A DNA stretch of 64,000 nt from Escherichia phage SkaterBoy_Bas90. A program made the translations under genes and the position numbers. The notes below the pieces were generated by a model. It saw only the letters and a program-made list of their open reading frames with translations. It was not told the origin of the DNA and searched no databases. Positions within the stretch are counted from its first letter, which is position 1, and each line of letters starts with the position of its first letter. The DNA lies in the sequence record PQ850626.1; one strand, 5' to 3'. Shown here piece by piece: positions 51,246 to 60,235 of this stretch.

Positions 51246-51602
51246 TTAGACATTTGATTCTAGATCTCTTAGTTGTTCAGCCAATTGTTCGCATTCATTA
51301 ACGCATAACTCTTCTGTTCTTGGTATCCCGTTAGGGTTGAACCGTGTCTTATCACCTGCATGGGCACAATCAAATCCGATTGTATCTAAACCACCCATCT
51401 CTTCAAGGGTGTCTTGCCATGTGACACCACCATGAACACTTACATAACAAACCTCTTCCTTTCCGTTATATCCGGTGAAGTTTTTATGTTTTAAGCTGTC
51501 TGGTAGCTCTACATATCCACAAAAATGGGAGTCGTTCATGTGCATAATCACAGCACGAAGACCTGATTTAGTGACCCAATCTTTAACCATGCGTCTCATA
51601 TA
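51246..51602 (-). CDS. hypothetical protein
   Basis: Track ORF 51246..51659 trimmed to ATG 51602 (AAGAGGTG RBS), because a terminator hairpin occupies 51636..51672. Confidence 0.35.
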   Translation of the reverse strand, partial: YMRRMVKDWVTKSGLRAVIMHMNDSHFCGYVELPDSLKHKNFTGYNGKEEVCYVSVHGGVTWQDTLEEMGGLDTIGFDCAHAGDKTRFNPNGIPRTEELCVNECEQLAEQLRDLESNV

Positions 51603-51635
51603 AGCACCTCTTGTTAGTTTAAGTAAGAGTTGTCC

Positions 51636-51672
51636 CTTAATTAAAACAACAAAGGCCACCCGAAGGCAGCCT
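51636..51672 (-). terminator. rho-independent terminator (same hairpin family)
   Basis: On the - strand AGGCTGCCTTCGGGTGGCCT followed by TTGTTGTTTT. Confidence 0.5.
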
Positions 51673-52067
51673 CTCTTTATTTGTTAACTGTTATACGTCC
51701 AATTACCTTGCTTGTTACGGATGGCTGACATTGCATGAATCCAGAAGCCTTCCAGTTTCAGAGCACCATTAGCTACTGCATCCATACGTTCAGGGCGGTT
51801 CATACGTTTGGTTGATACTTTCATACCTATCTCTCTTTGTTAGTGGAGGCATTATTGCCAGTTGATATAAGGGATAGCCCTAGTCAGTAGACTAACCCTG
51901 ACCGCGTACTCATTGCCGACCTTCTCTGCCTAAGAGTTCAGGTTCTAGAGCTATCTCTTATCCCAACTGGTGAAGACTCCCTACCCCTAGGAAGTCTCCT
52001 GAATCCCAAACCAATACGTACCCCTACATATCGGAAAGTCTTTCGAAAATTAACAGGTTTTAGTCTA

Positions 52068-52174
52068 ACACCGGATGTTCGAGCAAGCTCTCCCTAGCGG
52101 TGTGGCATATGCCTGAATTAATAAGTTAATGAGGAACACCCTCACATAGCCCTCTGATAAACACAAGGGCTATA
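52068..52174 (-). repeat. conserved ~110-nt intergenic element, copy 2
   Basis: Same motif order as 46661..46776; hairpin ATAGCCCT...AGGGCTAT at 52146..52173. Confidence 0.5.
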
Positions 52175-52182
52175 AGTCGGTG

Positions 52183-52401
52183 TTACTTTTGGGATAAACA
52201 CAGATCGGGACGTGGCATAACAGTGGTTGATAGACCGAAGACTTCAACAGAACCACTGCTCAAGTTAGCAGCCTTACACAAACCATCAGGGGTTTTATCT
52301 TCTAGCATCAGCCAGAAACGTTTATCATAAGAGAAAACATCACCACCTTTAATGTCCTCTGCATTTGCATATTTAGGATAATCAACTACTTTAATTTCCA
52401 T
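52183..52401 (-). CDS. member of a ~80-aa paralogous family
   Basis: IKGGDVFSYDKRFW core. Confidence 0.45.
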   Translation of the reverse strand: MEIKVVDYPKYANAEDIKGGDVFSYDKRFWLMLEDKTPDGLCKAANLSSGSVEVFGLSTTVMPRPDLCLSQK

Positions 52402-52411
52402 CTAATTGCCC

Positions 52412-52630
52412 TTATTGATATATAGAAAGGTGGATAAGTTTATTAACATGAGCGAAGTTAGGAAGGATTTGCATCTCATTGTTGAAGATATTAAAACAAC
52501 GAACCCCGCCCTCTACAGCATAAGCAGATTTCTGAAACAGACTGCCTCCCCACACAAATACATCATGTGTTTCAAGAGATCGTAACTGAACAGCCTCGTC
52601 AACAACCTTCTTTTCAATGTTCATATTCAC
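52412..52630 (-). CDS. member of a ~80-aa paralogous family
   Basis: LRSLETHDVFVWGG core. Confidence 0.4.
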   Translation of the reverse strand: MNMNIEKKVVDEAVQLRSLETHDVFVWGGSLFQKSAYAVEGGVRCFNIFNNEMQILPNFAHVNKLIHLSIYQ

Positions 52631-52878
52631 TTCCGATTGGTAATTACTGCATCATGGATAACTGAAACAGGTAAGTTTGAATCTAGCTTCATTACTTGAT
52701 TGGTGCTTAAACTGAGCACTACACAACCATTCCGAAGATCAGTCTCTGACACATGTGGTGTATATAACTGAACGATCATGTAATAATCAATACATGTTGC
52801 CTTAACTTGGAATACATCACCAAGTTTCAAAGCACCCACACACAATTCTTTAGCTTTCATCTCAAGATCAATCTTCAT
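52627..52878 (-). CDS. member of a ~80-aa paralogous family
   Basis: GALKLGDVFQV core. Confidence 0.45.
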   Translation of the reverse strand: MKIDLEMKAKELCVGALKLGDVFQVKATCIDYYMIVQLYTPHVSETDLRNGCVVLSLSTNQVMKLDSNLPVSVIHDAVITNRK

Positions 52879-53104
52879 CTTTAGCCTCTATGTTGGTTAT
52901 GTGAAGATCACTACGTACTTGGCAGACTTCATCCCGTTTAAAAGGCATGAGCTTTCCAGTTACCACATCAACACAGTTGACATAATTGTCTGCGTACAAT
53001 GTGTCGGTTCTGATGTAAAGGGATTCTTTACGCTCAAACAGAACCCCCGGCTTCATGTTATTTAAGCGAAGCATTGTACGATCGGATTTAATATTAACTT
53101 TCAT
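52868..53104 (-). CDS. member of a ~80-aa paralogous family
   Basis: LNNMKPGVLFE core. Confidence 0.45.
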   Translation of the reverse strand: MKVNIKSDRTMLRLNNMKPGVLFERKESLYIRTDTLYADNYVNCVDVVTGKLMPFKRDEVCQVRSDLHITNIEAKDED

Positions 53105-53106
53105 CT

Positions 53107-53364
53107 TTAATCCACCTTATTGGTAAGTCGAGCATTATCAACTACCTGAACAACAGTATCTTTTCTCAACATTGTTATTCTATCCGAAGTGAGATCTACT
53201 ACTACTCTTTCGTCAGGCTTCCAACTAGCTGAATAAACGGTTGAGGAATCTAGCTTTACTGTAAGATATATTTTATTTTTAGGTGGAACAGTTTCAAAAA
53301 CACTCCCCACCTTCAGGTCTTTCAGTTGCTTGACTACAGGGGCTGTATTAATATCATGCTTCAT
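53107..53364 (-). CDS. member of a ~80-aa paralogous family
   Basis: Track ORF 53107..53421 trimmed to MKHDINTAP...; LKDLKVGSVFE core. Confidence 0.4.
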   Translation of the reverse strand: MKHDINTAPVVKQLKDLKVGSVFETVPPKNKIYLTVKLDSSTVYSASWKPDERVVVDLTSDRITMLRKDTVVQVVDNARLTNKVD

Positions 53365-53650
53365 TGTTAATCTCCTGCTGTTTAGCAATAGCCACTCGCA
53401 AGTCTTCATTAGCACGAGCAAGGCGTAACACTTCGTGGTTGAGGTTCTGAAGACGCTTGTTTCTGTCCTCTACTTGCATAATAAGATCGTTAAGTGTTAC
53501 TTTAACTTTCTCATTATACATCTCATCCACTCGAACTAGGGATTTATACATTCTCTCCCAGCTTGCTGCTTTGTTTCTGAGAATAATAAATCCTAGAACG
53601 CTGATAGTTAAACAGCTTACAAAAAGGAATTTATATACTTCTAAAGTCAT
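53354..53650 (-). CDS. membrane-anchored coiled-coil protein (holin/spanin-like, function unresolved)
   Basis: N-terminal TM segment FLFVSCLTISVLGFIIL followed by a charged helical domain; downstream of the cell-wall hydrolase gene. Confidence 0.35.
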   Translation of the reverse strand: MTLEVYKFLFVSCLTISVLGFIILRNKAASWERMYKSLVRVDEMYNEKVKVTLNDLIMQVEDRNKRLQNLNHEVLRLARANEDLRVAIAKQQEINNEA

Positions 53651-53849
53651 ATTATTTACCCTTTATCAGAGATTAAAAGTAATATTATTTAAGTAAGTTA
53701 TATTTAGTAAACTTATTTTCTAAGAAATTTTCAAAGGGTCTATATACAGAGCATTACCCATAGTCCCAGAATACTGCCATCTTTTTCAATAAATTTACTA
53801 AGTGGTTGGTTTATAAAGGAATTTAGTTTGTCAAATCTGGCACTAGTGA

Positions 53850-54239
53850 TTATTCCCTAGAGCTATTATCGAACACTAAATCACCACAATACATAGGATT
53901 GGCATACCATTTTGGCACCCCTTCGCTCTTACTCTGAAAGTAAGTCCCACTGTACAGCGGAACATAATTCTTCTTAAGGGCACGTTTAGCAAGTCGCTCG
54001 CTTTCTCCAATGGCTTGCTTAGTCATCGGATTTTTATCACGAATCAGCTTTACATAACGTTTATAAGGTTTCTCCTGTTTTAATAGTACCGGAATCCACT
54101 CAAACTGGTTCTTTTGTCTTATCACCTGTTCAGCGGTCAGTTTTCGTTGGGCCATTCTATTTATCACGGTATCCGCAACTAAAGCCTTACATGCGGTTGG
54201 CTGATTCCCTGCCTCATAATAAATAGTCAATGTCAACAT
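53850..54239 (-). CDS. cell-wall hydrolase (SleB/CwlJ-like), candidate endolysin
   Basis: TIYYEAGNQP ... ALVADTVINRM ... NQFEW pattern resembles the SleB/CwlJ hydrolase domain. Confidence 0.5.
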   Translation of the reverse strand: MLTLTIYYEAGNQPTACKALVADTVINRMAQRKLTAEQVIRQKNQFEWIPVLLKQEKPYKRYVKLIRDKNPMTKQAIGESERLAKRALKKNYVPLYSGTYFQSKSEGVPKWYANPMYCGDLVFDNSSRE

Positions 54240-54317
54240 TAGCTGTGCCGTTGTTATCAGAACTTGCTACCTCCTGTTTTGTTGTTTCAATAAACACCCT
54301 CGAAAAGATGCTTATAG

Positions 54318-54345
54318 AAACACCCCTCCCTTTCGGGAGAGGCAC
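54318..54345 (-). terminator. rho-independent terminator downstream of the collagen-like gene
   Basis: On the - strand CCTCTCCCGAAAGGGAGGGG hairpin followed by a T-rich run. Confidence 0.45.
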
Positions 54346-54349
54346 TATC

Positions 54350-55138
54350 TTACCACTCGTAACTTACACCAGCGCCCAGAACAGCGTCACTCTCTGAAGT
54401 CATTGCCACTGATGCTTTAGTTACTACGTTTTCATTGAAACGAGCACTAACACCAATAGCAAGAGCAGATTCACCATCGTAAGCACCTACCCCAGCACCA
54501 ACAGAGAAAGCAGATCCTTGACTTACTTGCGGGATGTTAGCCATTGCAGCCACGCCAGAAATACCAGCAGAGGCATGATCACGGTTACGGTCTATTTGTT
54601 TTTGCAAAGAAGCAAAACGTTTATTGGTGGATTGTTCCAGAGCTTTGATGGATTTGGCGTTAGCATTAACGGCAGACATATCTGCATCTTTACCATTTTT
54701 GCCATTTAATCCGTCAACGCCATTCAAACCTGCTGCACCAGTTAGGCCAGTTTCGCCTTTCTTACCATCTGCACCAGAATCACCTTTTTCACCTTGAGCG
54801 CCTTGTTCTCCATCAATTCCATCTTTACCATCAATGCCATCTTTACCATCAATGCCATCTTTACCATCAATGCCATCTTTACCATCAATGCCATCTTTAC
54901 CATCAATGCCATCTTTACCATCAATGCCATCTTTACCATCAATGCCATTAGCGCCAGTGTCGCCTTTCTCTCCCTGATCACCTTTTTCACCTTTAAACCA
55001 ATCTCCGATACCGCAACCATTGGTAGATTGACCTACACCACAACCTCCATTGCCATTGCCATTGTTTCCACTTTTAGCAATAACAGGCGATGCCATTACG
55101 GACAGAGCTAGGATTGAGGATAATACAATTGCTTTCAT
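54350..55138 (-). CDS. secreted collagen-repeat protein with a YadA-like (trimeric autotransporter) C-terminal anchor
   Basis: From ATG 55138: signal peptide MKAIVLSSILALSVMASPVIA; (GIDGKD)n collagen-type Gly-X-Y repeats; C-terminus ...AIGVSARFNENVVTKASVAMTSESDAVLGAGVSYEW resembles the YadA-type beta-barrel anchor. Confidence 0.55.
   Translation of the reverse strand: MKAIVLSSILALSVMASPVIAKSGNNGNGNGGCGVGQSTNGCGIGDWFKGEKGDQGEKGDTGANGIDGKDGIDGKDGIDGKDGIDGKDGIDGKDGIDGKDGIDGKDGIDGEQGAQGEKGDSGADGKKGETGLTGAAGLNGVDGLNGKNGKDADMSAVNANAKSIKALEQSTNKRFASLQKQIDRNRDHASAGISGVAAMANIPQVSQGSAFSVGAGVGAYDGESALAIGVSARFNENVVTKASVAMTSESDAVLGAGVSYEW
54819..54946. repeat. 18-bp perfect tandem repeat, about 7 copies (CATCTTTACCATCAATGC), encoding the GIDGKD collagen-like repeats
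   Basis: Directly visible in the sequence; lies inside the CDS 54350..55138. Confidence 0.9.
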
Positions 55139-55149
55139 TTCATAGATTC

Positions 55150-55182
55150 CTATACAGTAGACATAAAAAAGCCCCAGCCGTA
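55150..55182 (-). terminator. rho-independent terminator upstream of the collagen-like gene
   Basis: On the - strand GC-rich hairpin (CCCCGGCTACGGCTGGGG) followed by CTTTTTTATG. Confidence 0.5.
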
Positions 55183-55249
55183 GCCGGGGCAAACCTGAAA
55201 GCAACACATGACCGTTGCTATAAATACACTCGCAAATGCACTTACAGCA

Positions 55250-55282
55250 ACGCAAAAAGCCGCTCAAAGGCGGCTATGCGGA
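55250..55282 (-). terminator. second tandem rho-independent terminator
   Basis: On the - strand ATAGCCGCCTTTGAGCGGCTTTTTGCG. Confidence 0.5.
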
Positions 55283-55355
55283 AGCTTCAAATGGGGAGAG
55301 GGCACGACGCTACAGAAAGAGCGTCACAGTACTAAAAGAGGGGGCTATATTCCTA

Positions 55356-55799
55356 CTACTTAACCCTTGCCTCTTTGATGGGGTCAATGTATTTCTCAAC
55401 GCCCCACTTGTGTTTACTATCTGCGTAGAAAACATCAGGTGCACACTGGCTTGTCTTAGGGAAAGCCTGCGGGTCTTTCGTGCTACCTTTAAACTTCTGT
55501 TTACCACGGGTGCGACCATTACAGAAGATTTCTAACTTCTTCTCCTCTTCTGTTTTAGCTCCCCCGCTCTGTAACAAAGAACGTTTATGATCAGCTAACA
55601 ACAACGCATCAGCCCGATGGACACGATGGCCTACACGCTTTGCAACACTGGAAGGAACATGGGATTCAGCCTCAGCCTTTGCAGCACGACGTTTTAAACT
55701 ACGCTTACTAATGTGATTAGTTGCCTTCGGTTTCTCTTTCTCCAGTTCAGAGATAGAAAAACAACGCCCGCCCTTCATGCTGATTTTAGATTTAGCCAC
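55356..55799 (-). CDS. hypothetical basic protein
   Basis: 147-aa Lys/Arg/His-rich ORF. Confidence 0.35.
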   Translation of the reverse strand: MAKSKISMKGGRCFSISELEKEKPKATNHISKRSLKRRAAKAEAESHVPSSVAKRVGHRVHRADALLLADHKRSLLQSGGAKTEEEKKLEIFCNGRTRGKQKFKGSTKDPQAFPKTSQCAPDVFYADSKHKWGVEKYIDPIKEARVK

Positions 55800-55868
55800 A
55801 ATCTTATTCCTTTTAGTGATAAGTTATATCGGGCAAGCCCATCAAGGCGATAGGCTTGAACAAATAAC

Positions 55869-56078
55869 TTAATCAAGTAAACTAAACGATTTCCAACTAC
55901 GTAGAAGGATTGTACCGTCATCCATAGTTACACATAATTTTAGTAGTTTCTTATTGGCACTACTCACCGTTGTAATTCGTCCGGTTGTACATTTACCTTT
56001 ATTGCTATAAAGATACACTACACGACGGCCTAACAGACGAGAGGGAGCTTTCTTAAACTCTGAAATGTTAGTGATCAT
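55869..56078 (-). CDS. hypothetical protein
   Basis: 69-aa ORF. Confidence 0.3.
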   Translation of the reverse strand: MITNISEFKKAPSRLLGRRVVYLYSNKGKCTTGRITTVSSANKKLLKLCVTMDDGTILLRSWKSFSLLD

Positions 56079-56299
56079 GATGCTTGATACCTTTGAATGT
56101 GTTCAATACGGGTTGATTGAGCAAATGACGCTTTAACAGCCATTTTCCTAACTTCTTCTTTACGCTGGTTAGTGTGTACAGTATCCCAATGTTTGTTATC
56201 ACGTTGGCGCTGTAATATCTTACTACATTTGCGATGGTTTCCCGTGCTGCGATGTTTCTCACAAATAGGACACTTGCCAAAATTACTACTGAATATCAT
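56075..56299 (-). CDS. hypothetical Cys/His-containing basic protein
   Basis: 74-aa ORF with CPICEKH; overlaps track ORF 56068..56280 in another frame. Confidence 0.3.
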   Translation of the reverse strand: MIFSSNFGKCPICEKHRSTGNHRKCSKILQRQRDNKHWDTVHTNQRKEEVRKMAVKASFAQSTRIEHIQRYQAS

Positions 56300-56523
56300 T
56301 TTCTCAATCCCAGCTTTCTTAAGATACGGCCTAACGTTGTTTCTTGCGTGATAATATAACTGATCGCTTCACGTTCCAGCGTTTCAATCTTCATTGGCGA
56401 CGGATACCATTCACCGGTAATAACACATTTACATTCAACGCCATATTTTTTAGATAGGCGGTAATGTTGACCGTTGACAAGATTCCGATAAATCGTGGTA
56501 TGCGTAATTAACATGATCATCAC
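56296..56523 (-). CDS. hypothetical protein
   Basis: 75-aa ORF. Confidence 0.3.
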   Translation of the reverse strand: MMIMLITHTTIYRNLVNGQHYRLSKKYGVECKCVITGEWYPSPMKIETLEREAISYIITQETTLGRILRKLGLRK

Positions 56524-56625
56524 CTTTGATTAGATTCTTTGATTAATGCACTGAATCAATGCACTGATAAAAGAAAAGGCGCTACCCGTTAAGATAGCGC
56601 CTTATGTTTATTCAAATTGTCTTAC

Positions 56626-57534
56626 TTATGCCGCCTGACGTGCCGCCATAATTTCAGCCGCTTTACGCAATACTTCTTCCTCTTCTGCTTTCGCCGCTTG
56701 TTCGGTACGGGTAGCAACCGTTGAAGAGATACGACCGCGCAGACTTTCTAACTTCTCCTGCATAGCTGCAACAGTCTTTTCCATTTCATCAGCGTATGAA
56801 TCGAGTGATTCTAATTCCTTGCTTGATGCGTTCATCAGATAATCATCCGAGATCGCTACCGTCGAGGCCGTGATTTTCTTGATGAGTGAATCAAAGGACT
56901 TTTTAACCTTCCCAACTTCTTCACTCAGGGCGATAGTGTTATCGCTGGTTGCGCCGTTGCGCTCATCAGCCAGTAATTTGGCTTCAATACGGATTGCATT
57001 CAAGCGTTCAACCAAAGCGTAAATATCCTGATTAAAATCTTCCTTGTTTTTCGCCGGAATTTGCAGGTGTGCCGCCACGTTGTCATTGCAACCTTTGTAG
57101 AAGTTAGGATTATCCACTTCAATTGCACGACCTAATGCAAAGTTTTCGAAAGCGTTTGACCAGCGAGCGCGGTTTTGTTCCATTTTGGCCTTAATTTGCG
57201 CTTCTTTCGCATCTTCTTTAGCTTTCGCTTCACCTTCCAGATTAATCCACTTTTTACGACCATTCGCCGCATCAGTGTTAAACTTGATAGGAGTTAAGAA
57301 AGTAATCGCGGTGGCAATAACATCCATATCGCGGAAACGTTCGGTTAACAGGAAGTCAACCGCCGCCTGCAATACATCTAACTTCTTACCGTTGCTACGA
57401 AAGTGCTGCAAATGACCTAACAGGAAGTTAGAAACATCTTGTTTGATCGCCGCGTTATTACTGCGAATGTTGTTAGCCAGAGCATTAAAACCGGATTCGT
57501 TAACCAGAGTAAAGATTTTAGCCATAATATTCAC
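56626..57534 (-). CDS. hypothetical protein with a coiled-coil C-terminal half
   Basis: 302-aa ORF; first gene after the ORF-poor region; looks more GC-rich than its neighbours by eye. Confidence 0.4.
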   Translation of the reverse strand: MNIMAKIFTLVNESGFNALANNIRSNNAAIKQDVSNFLLGHLQHFRSNGKKLDVLQAAVDFLLTERFRDMDVIATAITFLTPIKFNTDAANGRKKWINLEGEAKAKEDAKEAQIKAKMEQNRARWSNAFENFALGRAIEVDNPNFYKGCNDNVAAHLQIPAKNKEDFNQDIYALVERLNAIRIEAKLLADERNGATSDNTIALSEEVGKVKKSFDSLIKKITASTVAISDDYLMNASSKELESLDSYADEMEKTVAAMQEKLESLRGRISSTVATRTEQAAKAEEEEVLRKAAEIMAARQAA

Positions 57535-57539
57535 CTTTC

Positions 57540-59490
57540 AATTGTAAGGGCGCTATTGCCCCGCTCTCTATGAGCTTGTTTAAGTCACTATTAACTTAAC
57601 TATAACCACTCGTTGTTAAGTAGTTATAGGTAAGCGGGGCGGTCTTATCAGGAGTTAACCTTGCCGCCCCCTTATCCGTGATGTTTCATCTGGTATCTTT
57701 AATTAGTCGCTATAAACGAAGCCGACCTGATAGCGATGATCAATCATCACAATAAGGCAGTGCGTCCGACTCTAATTAGTTACGTTATTGTAACCGTCGG
57801 CAATATCGTTTACTTTGCTTTCGCTCTCGCCTATCCTTTTATATCAACTCTCAATCGCTAGTCATCGCCCACTACGGGATACTATTGCGAAAGAGTCATT
57901 GACCGTCTAATGTTCCGACGTTTTATATCTTTCGGCAAGTTTACTACATAAACCGACTATGTACTTTCATCATAAGATGAATCTCAAGCCGTTCACATTG
58001 TAAACGTTCACACTAAACCTTATTGTTAAATAGCAATTTGCCACTTTTTAACCACTCCCCGCCGCTCTCAATTGAGCGTTAATTCGTCGGGATTGCCTAC
58101 CCTGATTAACTTCTTTCACTGTAGCACCGTGTTAGCAATGACCGCCGCTACCCTTAACCGTGGGCGATTAGCTCAAGTCTTTGCGTGTACTCAATGAATC
58201 CGTTTATCAATGGTGACGTTTCCAGTAAGGGAATGTAAAACTGTTTACCCTGATAATTTAGGGAGTTTTACGCCGTTTTATCTGGTATGCTTTCCGATGG
58301 TTATTATCATCAAGCATATTCAACCGATATAGGAGAATGTTTAAATTATTAAAGAGCGGTAAATCTATCAGTGTGCTTTCTCACACTATGCAACTGTTAG
58401 CCGTTGTTACGCTTTTCACTGAAGCGATGATTTGCTTAGTGAGTGCTCATTATGAATCATGTTGTTTTCGCTGTCAACCGCTTTTTAATCTTTTTCGTCG
58501 TTCCCGCTATTGGGAGGATATATCAATCAGCTTTATTTGATTGAAGATTAAGCGGTGAGGCTTAACTTATGACTCATATTGTTAAAGAGCGTTTAGCCTT
58601 TTAAAGTGTCTGCTAATCACTGTCACATTGAAGGCTTACTGATTCATTAACAGGCCGCCTACACCTGAACTAATCGCTGCACTATGTGCCACCTTTCCCG
58701 CGATACGTTGATTTGGGAACTAGTTAGCGATGTTTTGCTAACTTGTGGTTAGTATGGACTACTTTAACCACGTTTGCAACTCTTTTTATCATCTTCTTTT
58801 AATTCCTTTCCCTTATCTCGCGTGAATCTATGCGAAAGGGCAAGATGATAAGTCTGATTTGTCTTTCAGGGAATCTAGTGCGCTTTCAAGCATTAATCTT
58901 TTGAAAGTATCGAACAAATAAGGCTTATTGATATTGCTTATTGTCCGCCTGCGTCACGTATGAATCAGGAATCAATTCTACCGATTAACTGAGCGCCTTA
59001 TAGTAATGACGTCGCCGCCACCCGTAAGACAAATCATATTTTTAAAGAGCGGGATTTTTTAAGTCATCGCTGACTATGCTCACTATATATCAGGCTGTTT
59101 TCGGTGTCAATACTCTTTTTAAGAATATTTTCACTTTCTAGCCTGATTTTTAAAGAGCGGGGCAAGTTTCCTTGCCTTGTATGTTTTACATCGTACCCGA
59201 TGAAATGAAGTATACATTAATCAGTGAGGGATGCAATAGGGTAAAACAAAATATTTTAAACTTTTTCACTATAGGAAGGTAAAAGAGCGGGCGAACGTGA
59301 TACATCATAGGAAAAGGCTTGTAAAGCGATAACAAGCGGCCTATAACGCATCACAATGAGCTAAAAGGGAGTAAGGTATACAATCACCTTAGAAAAGAAA
59401 AAAGCCTCATAGCGAGGCTTATAGGAAGGATTTAAAGCATCAGATAGATTATGACCATAGGCATGACTACGGCACAATACAGGAGAAAGA
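57540..59490. repeat. ~1.9 kb ORF-poor, repeat-rich region (five TTAAAGAGCG(G) direct repeats, two TTT(C/T)ATCTGGTAT repeats, several hairpins)
   Basis: Only one track ORF (67 aa) in six frames; TTAAAGAGCG copies near 58349, 58582, 59042, 59150, 59280; a - strand TAATGTATA at 59211..59219. Confidence 0.6.
59211..59219 (-). promoter_or_regulatory. TAATGTATA motif on the - strand inside the ORF-poor region
   Basis: Plus strand reads TATACATTA; would drive transcription leftwards through the repeat region. Confidence 0.35.
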
Positions 59491-59496
59491 TTAAGC

Positions 59497-59874
59497 CTAT
59501 GGATTTACACATTGACCATTACCGGACTCAATTTCATTCATGGACTCATCAAAGAGCGTCAACGATGAGCGCATCAAGTGATCTATCGTGATTTGTTTAC
59601 CGGTAGTTTCATTTACCAGCAGAATAGCTTTGTTATCTGATTGCACATGATCAAAATCATTTACATGCAAAATAATAACTTTAGGTGACTGTTTACCAGT
59701 TTCATAGTTTTCTATCAAATAGGTGCACTGTAAACCGTCAACCGTAGCAGGGGAGAACATTGCAGCCTTAACACTACCCATAGACGATAGGAGAACGCCC
59801 AGCAGGAGAACGACAAGGAAGAAGCCCACGAATACTTTTACTACAAATTTGATAATACCCATGATAATAATCAC
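59497..59874 (-). CDS. membrane protein (N-terminal transmembrane segment)
   Basis: MGIIKFVVKVFVGFFLVVLLLGVLL hydrophobic N-terminus. Confidence 0.4.
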   Translation of the reverse strand: MIIIMGIIKFVVKVFVGFFLVVLLLGVLLSSMGSVKAAMFSPATVDGLQCTYLIENYETGKQSPKVIILHVNDFDHVQSDNKAILLVNETTGKQITIDHLMRSSLTLFDESMNEIESGNGQCVNP

Positions 59875-59959
59875 CTATAGTTAGAGAATATAAGAATAAA
59901 GCATATCAGCGACGAATAACGCCACTGTAACGACGAACAAGCAACGCCAAAAATAATCA

Positions 59960-60235
59960 CTATTCATCGTTGCTATTCTCGCCAAAAAATGCTACGCTAA
60001 TCTGTTCCACTTCTTCCAGCGACAGGAGAATCCCGCGTTGGGCTAAATACTTCCCAACAGTTAGATAATCTTGCACTAAACAGACAATAGGAAAGCGTAT
60101 ATTTTGAATCTCACCTTTGGAAAGAAAAGACAAATATCCAACGTCGATTGATTCATCAAAGGACAATGTAACGCCACCGTAATTATGCGTATCAATTAAC
60201 GCAATAGTTTCATTTCCCATTGGTATCATCCCCAA
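59960..60235 (-). CDS. hypothetical protein
   Basis: 91-aa acidic ORF. Confidence 0.35.
   Translation of the reverse strand: MGMIPMGNETIALIDTHNYGGVTLSFDESIDVGYLSFLSKGEIQNIRFPIVCLVQDYLTVGKYLAQRGILLSLEEVEQISVAFFGENSNDE

Noticed and set aside
53354-53650. A second i-spanin
   Set aside because: It has the TM plus coiled-coil topology, but no embedded or adjacent lipoprotein partner was found, whereas the 18992..19487 pair shows the overlapped architecture; left as a membrane coiled-coil protein of unknown role.
54819-54946. Perfect 18-bp tandem repeats that could be mistaken for a CRISPR-like array
   Set aside because: Units are contiguous with no spacers, lie in-frame inside a CDS, and encode Gly-X-Y collagen-type repeats; no cas genes nearby.
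55356-55799. A second HNH endonuclease
   Set aside because: Basic and His-containing, but the CxxC...HH...N...H spacing of an HNH motif could not be matched convincingly, unlike 15220..15621.
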